From the NCBI RefSeq assembly GCF_009914755.1, contig NC_060930.1: DNA of 64,000 nucleotides, one strand, 5' to 3'. A program made the translations under genes and the position numbers. Below are positions 52,819-64,000 of this stretch, piece after piece. The DNA comes from the human T2T-CHM13v2.0 reference genome, Homo sapiens. The notes below the pieces were generated by a model that saw only the letters and a list, made by a program, of their open reading frames with translations, was not told where the DNA came from and ran no database searches. The stretch's first letter is position 1, and each line of letters opens with the position of its first letter.

Positions 52819-55142
52819 TGTACTAGTCTGTTCTTACGCTGCTATAAAGAAATACTTTATAAAATACCCAGCCAACTTGGTAACTCATGAAGAAAAGAGG
52901 TTTAATTGGCTCACAGTTCTGCAGGCTGTACAGAAAACGGCTGGGAAGGCCTCAGAAAACTTACAATCATAGCAGAAGGCAAAGAGGAAGCAGATCTGTA
53001 TTACATGACTGGAGCAGGAGGAAGGAAGGGAGGGGAGGCGCTACACAGTTTTAAGCAACCAGATCTCGTGATAACTTACTATCATGAGTACAGCCCCAAA
53101 GGGGAAATATGTTCTCATGATCCAATCACCTCCCACCAGGTGCCTACTCTAATGTTGGTATTATAATTTGACATGCGATTTGGGTGGAGACACAGACCCG
53201 AACCATATTATTCCATCCCTAGCCCCTCCAATATCCCATGTCCTTCTCACATTTTAAAATACAATAATGCCTTCCAAACGCTACCCCAAAGTCTTAACTC
53301 ATTCCAGCATTAACTCAAAAGTCCAAAGTCCAAAGCCTCATCTAATACAAGGCTAGTCCCTTCCACCTATGAGCCTGTAAAATAAAAAACAAATTAGTTA
53401 CTTCACGGATACAATGAGGGTACAGGCATTGGGTAAATACTCCCTTTCCAGATGGGAGAAACTGGGGAGAAGAAAGGGCTACAGGCCCTATGCAAATCTG
53501 AAACCCAGCAGGGCAGTTATTAAATCTTAAAGCTCCAAAATAATCTCTTTTGACTCTATGTCTCACACTCAGGGCACACTGGTGTGAAGGGTAGGCTCCC
53601 AAGGCCTTGGGCAGCTCCACCCGAGGCTCTACAGGGTACAGTCCCTGAGGCTGCTTTCAGGGGTGGCATTTAGTGCCTGTGTCTTTTCCAGGTGCAGGGT
53701 ACAAGCTGTCAGTGTATCTAGCCCTCTTCTCACAGGTCCAGTAGGCAGAGTCCCATTGGGGACTCTGTGTGGAGGCTTCTGCTTGGTGTTCCAGGCTTTT
53801 CCATACATCTTCTGAAATCTAGGCAGAGGCTCCCAAGCCTCAACTTTTACACTCTGTGCAGCTGCAGGCTTAACACCACGTAAAAGCTGCTAAGGTTTGT
53901 GGCTTGAATCCTCAGAAGCAGCAGCCTGAGATGTACCTAGGATCCTTTGAGCCACAGCTGGAACTGGAGCAGCCAGGATGCAGGGAGCAGTGTTTTGAGG
54001 CTGCACAGGAAAGCAGGGCCCTGTGTCTGGCTCATGAAACCATTCTTTCTTCTTAGGCTTTGGGGCCTGTGATTGGAGGGGCTGCTGTGAGGTCTCTGAT
54101 GTGTCTTCAAGGGCTTTTTTTCCCCATTGTCTTGGCTACTAGTTCTTGCCTTCCTTTTAGTTAAGCAAATTTCTTCAGCTGGCTTGAATTTCTTCCCAGA
54201 AAATGGGTTTTTCTTTTCTACTGCATGGCCAGGCTGCAAGGTTTTCAAACGTTTATGATCTGCTTCCCTTTTACATATAAGTTCCAGTTTCAGGTCATTT
54301 CTTTGCTCATGCATATGAGCATAGGCTTTTAGAAGCAGCCAGGATTTAGCAGTTCAGGTTTACCTTGAACACTTTGCTGCTTAGAAATGTCTTCCACCAG
54401 GTACTCTAAATCATCTCTCTCAATTTCAAAATTCTACAGATCCCTAGAGCTGGGGCACAATGCCACCAATCTCTGCTAAAGCACATCAAGAGTGACCTTT
54501 ACTCCAGTTCCCAATAAGTTTCTCATTTCCATCTGAGACCTCCTCAACCTAGACTTCACCATCCATATCACTATCTGCATTTTGGTCACAACCATTCAGC
54601 AAGTCTCTAGGAATTCCAAACTTTCCCTCATCTTCCTGTCTTCTTCTGAGTCCTTCGAACTGTTCAAACTTCTGCCCATTACCCAGTTCCAAAGCCATTT
54701 CCACCATATTTTCAGGTATCTTTATAGCAATGCCCCATTCCTGGTACCAATTTTCTATATTACTCTGTTCTTGCATTGCTATAAAGAAATACCAGAGACT
54801 GGGTAATTTACAATGTAAAGAGGTTTAATTGATTCACAGTTCTGCAGGCTGTAGAGGAAACATTTCTGGGAAGGCCTCAGTAAACTTACAATCATAGTGG
54901 AAGGTGAAGGGGAGGCAGGCATGTTTTACATGGCTGAAGCAGGAGGAAGAGAGAGAGAGGGGAGGTGTCGCACACTTTTAAACAACCAAATCTCGAGATA
55001 ACTCACTCACTGTCATGAGAAGAGCACCAAATGGGAAATATGCCTCCAAGATTTAATTACCTCCCACCGAGCTCCACCTCCAACATTGGGGATTACAGTT
55101 TGACTTGAGATTTGGGTGGGAACACAGACCCAAACCATATTA
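52819..55142 (-). mobile_element. MST (MSTA-like) MaLR provirus: LTR - internal - LTR
   Basis: LTRs at 52819-53210 and 54756-55142; minus-strand gaaaattggtacc after the 5' LTR and purine tract agggatggaa before the 3' LTR; TSD gaccc/gaacc. Confidence 0.9.
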
Positions 55143-58100
55143 GAACCTGGTGTGCTCCACCCCCAGGTAAATCTCCAGACATTTGAAGTACTCCTTCACC
55201 TGGATCAGCAGGTGGATCTTCTTGTGTGTAGATCATGATGCAGTAGGGCCCTCTCTACTCCACACCTAGACATTTTGGACATTATCCAAATCACCAGGCA
55301 TTTGAAGCACTTGCTCAAATGAACTAGCAGCTTCAGCCATGCTGCCCTTCCTGTGCAAAGATCCTGGTGCAGGGGAGGCCTTTGTGCTTCATACTGAGGC
55401 AGATCTTCAGGCATTTGGAACACTTGCTCAACTGGGTGGCAACCCAAGTCACCCCATCCATTCTGTGCAGAGATGAATAAAACTGGACTCCTACCTCTCA
55501 CTATATACAAAAATTAACCCAAGAAGGATTAAATATTTAAATGTAAGGCCTCAAAGTATAAGGATCCTAGCAGAAAATCTAGGAATACCATTTTAGATAT
55601 GAGCCTTGGGATAGAATTTATGACTGAGTCCTTGAAAGCAATTCCAACAAAACCAAAAATTGCTAAGTTGAACCTAATTAAACTAAAAGTCTTCTGAATA
55701 GCAAAAGAAAACTCTCAACAGTAAATAGACAACCTACAGAATGAAAAAAAATATTTGCAAACTATGTGTGTGACAAAGTTCTAATATCCAGAATCCATAG
55801 AGAACTTAAACTGTTGAAAAAGCAACAAGAGCAAAACTCCATCTCAAAAAAATATGTAGGCAAAAGACATGGACACTTCTCAAAAGAAGACATACAAGTG
55901 GCCAGCAGACATATGAAAAAATGCTCATCACTAAACGTCAGAGAGAAATGCAAGTTGAAACCACAATGAGATATTATTTCACACCAGTTAGAATGGCTAT
56001 TATTAAAAAGTGAAAAAACAAGATTCTGGGAAAGGCTATGGAGAAAATAAAATGTTTATACATTGTTGGTGGAAATATAAATTAGTTCAGCCACCGCAGA
56101 AAGCAGTTTGGACATTTCTCAAAGAACTAAAAACAACTACCATTCCACCCAGGTTTATATCCAAAAGAAAATAAATCATTCTACCAAAAAGACACACATA
56201 CTCTTATGCTCATGGAATCAACCTAGATGCCCATCCACAGTGGATTGGACAAAAAAAAAATGTTGTACATATATACCATGGAATACCATGCAGCCATAAA
56301 AAATGAAATCATGTTCTTTGCAGCAATGTGGATGCAGCTGGAGGCCATTATCCTAAGTGAATTAACACAGGAACAGAAAACCAAATACCACATGTTCTCA
56401 CTTATAAATGGGAGCTAAACACTTGGTAATTATGGATATAAAGATGGCAACAATAGACATGGGGGATTTCTAGTGGAGAGATGGAAGGAGTGGTCAAGGG
56501 CTGAAAAACTATCTATTGGGTACTATGCTCAGTACCTGGGTGAAAAGATCATTCATACCCCAAACCTCAGCATCACACAATATACCCAGGTAACAAACCT
56601 GCACATATACCCCCTGAATCTAAAATAAAATATAAAATTATTTAAAAATATATAGCTCAGGAAAAAATCAACTCAAAATAGGTTAAGGAATTGAATGTAA
56701 ACACAGAAATTATAAAACTACCAGAAGAAATCATAGGCAAAATCTTCATGACATTGGTCTTGGTGATGTTTTTTTTTTTTTTACAGACTCCAAAGGCACA
56801 GGTAACAAAAGCACAGTTAGACAAATGGCATTACACAAACTAAAAAGCGTCTGCACAGCCAAGGAAATATTCAACATGTGAAGAGACCACCTAGCAAATG
56901 AGAGAAAATATTTGACACATGAGAAGGGGTTAATATCCAAAATATATAAGTAACTCTAACAATTCAATAGCAGGAAAACAATCTGATTTTAAAATGGGCA
57001 AAGGACTTGAACAGACATTTCTCAAAAGACCACATACAGTCAATAGGTACATGAAAAAATGCTGAACATTACTAATCAATTATAAAATGCAAATTAAAAC
57101 CACAATGATCACCTTACACATATTAGAGTAGGTATTATTGAAAAGAAAAAAGATAAATGTTGGCAAGAATGCAGATTAAAGGGAATTCTTGTACACTTGG
57201 TGGGAATGTAAATTAGTTAGAGTCATGAAAAACAGCATGGTAGATCCTCGAGAACAATATACATATGTAACTACCATATGATCCAGCTATCCCACTACTG
57301 GATACATATTCAGAGGACATGAAATCAGTATGCTGAAGAGATCAGCACTCTCATATTCATTGCACCATTATTCACAATAGCTAAGATATGGAATCAACCT
57401 AAGTGTTCATTAACGGATGAATGGATTAAAAAGAGTCATATATATATATACACAATGGAATATTATTCAGTCATAAAAAAGAAAGAAATTCTGTCATTTG
57501 TGGAAACATTAATAGAACTGGAGGTCATTATATTAAATTAAATAAGCCAGGCATAAAAAGACAAATACTGCATGACCTCACTTATATGTGGAATCTAAAA
57601 AAGTTGAACTCATAGAAACAGAGAGCAGAATGGTGGTTACCAGTAAGGTTACCAGGAGGAAGTTAGGGAGATGTTGGTCAGAGGATACAAAATTTCAGTG
57701 AAGAGGAGTAAATTCAGGAGATCTACCTGGTGTACAACCTGGTGACTGCAGTTAATATGAACACATTATATTCTCAAAAATCACTGAGATTTTAAATATT
57801 CCCACCACAAAAAAGGATATGTGAGGTAATGCATATGTTATATTTATTTACCCTATGACATATACACATTTCAGAACCTTAGATTGAACACAAATATATG
57901 CAATATTTTTGTCAATTAAAAAAATAAATGGTTGGGGGGGGGGTGGGCAAAACAATCCCAAAACTGTTACATTGCTCTTTAAATGTAAATAAGGAAATTA
58001 AATGTTATAAAAAATTTGACATTTACCATCATCTGTTAAAAATATCAATATATATTGGAGTTCTTTAAATAGCTGAAAAATCTCCATTGTTACCTTTTCT

Positions 58101-58739
58101 TCTTGAAATCATATTTTTATTTCATTTTCCCTCTGAATTTTATTCCAATGTATTATTTTATGCTTAAATATATTATATATCATTCTACAAACTTCTCTGC
58201 AATAAAAATATGTATATGAATGAAAATAATATTTTCTCAAAGACTGCATGTTTTAGTGTAAGTTATAGTAGGTTATTAATATAAATGTTATTGATAATTA
58301 TCAAACCTAGAAATTGAAATTTTATGACAAGACATTGCCTTGTCAGATAGTTTTCTTTTTGTCTACTTGAATAATGTATCCATAGATAAATAGGACTTAC
58401 TGATAGAATGAGACAGGATTCAGCATTAACTATATTCTTTTTTATATAGTAAATGAGAAATATTTATTTACATAGTAAATAAAGAATATAATTTTTTATA
58501 ACATCACTCAATTCTTAGAAATTCATCCAAGTCATACACTCAAATTCATAGTGATATGTTATCAAAAATTATATTTAAAAATCTAGCTATTGACCACTGT
58601 TATACCTCCCTTTAATTTTGTTGAAGACAAAAAACAGAAAAGTGCTGACTTAAAAGGATTCTTCAACCTGGCCCTTAGAATAACTTTCTCATTTCCTGGG
58701 AAATACATCAAGAAGGCTTTATCAAGGCTTATCAATGCC

Positions 58740-58845
58740 TTTTTTTTTTTTTTTTGAGATAGGGTTGCTCAGGCTGGAATGCAGTGGTGGGATCATGGCT
58801 CATGGCAAACTTGACCTCTCAGGCTCAAGCAATCCTCTCTCCTGA
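58740..58845 (-). mobile_element. Short AluJ/FRAM fragment
   Basis: poly(T) gagatagggttgctcaggctggaatgcagtgg...ggctcaagcaatcctc. Confidence 0.75.
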
Positions 58846-60109
58846 GATGAAAGGCCTCTTATACCAACTATACTTTCACTTATAGGCAACTTGTTTATGG
58901 AGCTAACATTAGATGGCCATTGGGTAAAACCACTCCCTGCCAAAAAAAAAAAAAAAAAAAAAAAAGAAACCCTGGAAATTGTGCATTTTAGGACTTTTCC
59001 CATTGACTGTGAATCCAGACCTACATATTCATCTAAATTACAATTTTCCAGGTAATCTCAAAGTACCTTGGAAAGATGTGAGGTTAGAAAGAGTCATGTT
59101 CTTGAGTATTTTTATACATAGCTAGATTGGTAGTTTCATTTTATAGTTTAAGACAACTGCTCACACATTTGAAAGAATTGAACAGCGTATCTGCTTTGGA
59201 GAGGGAGAAAAAACACTGATAGAGTGAGTTTTCTAAACTTCAAGGCATTATATCCTAGATTGCTCTGGAAACATTTTATCCTATTTCCATACACAAGGAA
59301 ATGTTTTGCTTTAAAGGTACATTTTAACTGCTTTGTGGAAATTTATAGCAAGAAACAAATGAAAGACAAAAAAAAAAAAAAAGAGAAGGTATTGGGCCAC
59401 CAGTAAATGTAGAACTTACAAGAAGTGAATTGACAATTTTAAACTATGTATAATAAAATCAATAACATATTTCTATTAAGTTAACCTAAATCTAATAAAC
59501 ACATAATAGAAATGAATGAGCAGAGAAATGACAAGAGGCAGCAAGCAGGAGGTTTCAAGTTGCTTAAATATTTTAGTAATGAGTTAATAAAATTGTTTCT
59601 TTTACATGTCTGAATAAATGTTTAATATAAAATGCTAACTTACCTTCAATATGTGTTCCTTTTATTTGAAGCTGTAACACTGGCTGACTGAGGAGTTTTT
59701 CACCTCATCCTTGAAATCATGAACGCATACACCTGTGCCCTAGATGAAGCAGCAGCTGAATTGAGTTCTTCTCACGCTCTTTTCATTAAAAAAAAAAAAA
59801 TTGCAGAGGGTTGAACCTCATACTCGACTGGATTTCCCAAAATGCCTACCGCATATCTCAAATAGTCTATTCTCGGGCAAATAGAAGGGTACTCCACAGA
59901 GCCTTGCCTTGAGTTTGTTGCTTGGGTAAAATAAGGCACTGAAGCTTCCACGTTTTCCTGTATTCTCTCTCATTGCTTTGCTCTCATAGCATTCTCCTTA
60001 ACGTGATGTGTTCCTTGGTAGTAGTCCAGAGATGGAAGAGGGGAAGTTGGTAAATGAAATCACCCTCATTTCTTCTGCCCCATCCTACAAAACATCTGAA
60101 TTCAGAACA

Positions 60110-60570
60110 TCTTAACTCTCTTTTCCTGGGTTCTCCCATAGCAGAGCCTAAAACAAATGCTTGCCTATAGGGAGGAGTGACACAGGTGAGTGAAGGAGGA
60201 AGCAGAAGAGCCAATAAAGGAAGCTTTATTCAGCTGGCTACTATTATAGGAGATTGGCTGCGGGATAACAGTGGATCATCAGAGAATCCTAATGAAATGT
60301 GTCTCAGGATTGTCTCTTGGTGAACAGAGGGGGAAGACTTTAACTACCTACTGCCATGGTTCAAGGATTACTCTACAGAATAACTTCCCACACAGTTGGG
60401 TTGCATTTGTGTGAGTTCCCACTGGTATCCACATCAGAGAAACTGAAGCCAGAAGCTTCTAGGTTGTACCTGCATGAAGCTGGTCAAAGCCTTTGAAGAA
60501 CTGGACATGGGAATAAGAGGTGAGATGAAAAGGAGTGAAAACGGTCACAAAAGGAGATGGATACAGAACA
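60110..60570 (-). mobile_element. LTR16-like ERVL LTR
   Basis: gggttctcccatagcagagcctaaaacaaatgcttg...aagagccaataaagg. Confidence 0.55.
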
Positions 60571-61189
60571 TAGGCTTCTAGAGCCAGGCTGTGCCCTTAA
60601 CAGAAATGTGTAAGGGAAAAACGTAGGCCCATCATATGTTTTTGGTGCCTTAATCAATTCAAGAGGACTTTGCTCAAGGCTAAAATCTTGATATGTTTCT
60701 TTGACCTGTTGGAGGTTTTTATATTCTAAGGAAATTTATCTGATTACCATTAGGGATAGATGAGGAGAATGCCTTTCTTTTGTGAAGGGGAAAGATGGTG
60801 ACTGCTAACGGAGAAGTGAGAAAGGAGAATTTTTTCAGTGCCTGAACCCAAAGTGTGTAGGTCAGTTTTAGGAAGGTTCATATGGAATTTTAGGATATGG
60901 AAATTGATCCCCTTAAGACTTTTCTTGGCAGCAGATCAATATTCTACATGGGTTTACACATTCACTTTTGAAGTTATTTAAAGCTCAGGTGGAGAAATTA
61001 CCTTCAGGATGAGGAGGCATTTCTCAATCATTTTTAGTACAAGAGAGGGCAGAGGGTTTGCGCTGTGATTCTAGCACTCAGGCTTAATGTCATGAAGCTG
61101 CCTTCCATGATCTCTGCACTCTTCTGCCACATTTCCACCAATTTATGCTCAGCCTTCTGTGTGGAATTCTCTTCACTGTGTCTCATTCA

Positions 61190-62275
<1,086 letters not shown>

Positions 62276-62379
62276 AAACATAATTGAATCTCACTAATGC
62301 CACACCGTGTTGAGGGAACTGTTTATCTGGTTATCCTCAATTTTGGGGGAATGGAGTATTTTTTTAATTATGAAATATT

Positions 62380-63000
62380 TCAAGCACATAGGAAAGCAAA
62401 GAGAAATACTGAAAAATACCACCAAGTTTTGTCAGATCTTAAAACCTTGACATATTCCTGTAGATATATGTTCTTTTCAAGAAATAAGTCACTGCAGATA
62501 CAGTCAAAGCCCCTCATTACCTCTTTCCCTTCCTATTGTGTCTCCCACTGAAGACAGTGGGGTGAGGCAGTCACTCTACTGAAATTGGTGTTTATCATTT
62601 TATACTCTTACTATGTTTCTTATATATCCACAAGTTACATATAGTATTGTGTTACACATTTTAAGTTTATGTATATGATATGGTATATATCCTGCAACTT
62701 GTTCAGATGCTCAATCAATGCTTTTGAGATTTATCCAGGCTCTAATTCTGAAGTACCAATTAATATTCTACTGTATGAATCTACCATAGTGCATTTATCC
62801 ATTTTCCCGTTGATGGATATTTAGATTGTTTCCAATTTTCCTCTATTATGAATAATGCTGCAGTGAACATTTTATGTGTATCTCTTCTGTGCATATGTGA
62901 GAGGATTTTCTTAGGTTACATACCTAGGATGAAATTGCTAGTAGAAGGACATGCACAAATTAAACTTTAGTACTTATATTTCTCCAAAAGTTCTTAAAGA
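62380..63000 (-). mobile_element. L1ME-type 3' end (antisense)
   Basis: tttatccattttcccgttgatggatatttagattgtttccaatttt...tacctaggatgaaattgct. Confidence 0.75.
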
Positions 63001-63109
63001 AAAATTTTAGTATAAATTTTTCTCCAAAGGCAGTAGAATCTGGACCCTACTAGTCAGGTAAAGTTCGAGTATGAATCTAGTCCAAATATTTAACTCTACT
63101 TAAGAAGAT

Positions 63110-63240
63110 GTTTTTTTCTATAGCTTCTTTTGTGCTACAATGGCAGAGCTGAGTAGTTGAACAGAGATCATATGGAACAGAGATCAAAAAGCTTAAACTA
63201 TTTACTATCTTGTGTTCACTATAGAAAATGTTTGCCAACT
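63110..63240 (+). mobile_element. MER58 fragment
   Basis: gctacaatggcagagctgagtagttgaacagagatc...tatttactatct...gaaaatgtttgccaac. Confidence 0.7.
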
Positions 63241-63474
63241 AAGAAGAGGTTCTTAAATTAGCAACTTTGTGAAGTTTATAAGAGGGCCTTACAGTGATTG
63301 AGTCTATATTTGGTTATGAGAATTTCAGTGCGTACTATGTGTCTGTGCATGTATGAGTCCATGTGCATGTGTTTTGTTTATATAAGCAAGAAAGGAATGA
63401 TGTGTTTTTGACATCAATCTCTAGCTGCTTCTTTCTGAACTGGCTTTCTTCTGAGTGTTCAGGTGCTAGGAGCC

Positions 63475-63824
63475 TTTTCTTTTCTTTCTCTTTTCTTTTT
63501 TCTTTTCTTTTCTTTTCCTTCTTTCTTTCTTTCTTTTTTTTTTTTGAGACAGAGTCTCACTCTATTGCTCAGGCTGGAGTGCAGTGGCATGATTTCTGCT
63601 CACTGCAACCTCTGCCTCCTGGGTTCAGTGATCCTCCTGCCTCAGCCTCCTGAGTAGCTGGGATTACAGGCATGCACCACCATGCCCGGCTAATTTTGTA
63701 TTTTTAGTAGAGATGGGGTTTCGTCATGTTGGTCATGCTGGTCTTGAAGTCTTGACCTCAGGTGATCCGCCCACTCAGCCTCCCAAAGTGCTGGGATTAC
63801 GGGTGTGAGCCGCCACAGCTGGCC
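63475..63824 (-). mobile_element. AluSx with (CTTT)n tail
   Basis: Antisense dimer preceded by a pyrimidine repeat. Confidence 0.9.
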
Positions 63825-63835
63825 TCCATTTCTTT

Positions 63836-63990
63836 TCATTCATGCAGTCAGTCAATAAATATTTATTGGGTGCCTATTGTACAACTGGCACTATTGTAGG
63901 TGCTGGGGGTACACCAGTGAACACAGCAGATAATGTTCTGGCCCTCAAGAACTTATATTCTGATGGGGGTAGACAGACAAATAAATATAC
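63836..63990 (-). mobile_element. L2 3' end (antisense)
   Basis: cagtcaataaatatttattgggtgcctattgt...ggccctcaagaacttatattctgatgggg. Confidence 0.8.
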
Positions 63991-64000
63991 ACATATATCA

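Overview
Primate, very probably human, genomic DNA (it carries an Alu with all six AluYg6 diagnostic bases). The only host coding sequence recognised is the terminal exon of PRIM2 (DNA primase large subunit p58; + strand, 10793-11023). Its 3' UTR holds an antisense AluJ and tandem AATAAA signals. Positions 1-10792 are the last intron; the rest is 3' flank made mostly of transposable elements. These include two degenerate L1PA7/8-type LINEs, an internally deleted HERV-L/MLT2A1 provirus with very unusual LTR microsatellite expansions and a templated insertion, and a roughly 17 kb nested stack (L1MA8-type host with Alu, MER75, L1PA, L1PB and a two-LTR MST MaLR provirus). Many Alu, L2, MIR, MaLR and hAT relics are also present. 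I found no credible new multi-gene system; the most unusual structures are in the HERV-L element. Repeat family names come from recalled consensus sequences, not from a database search, and boundaries without a stated TSD are approximate.
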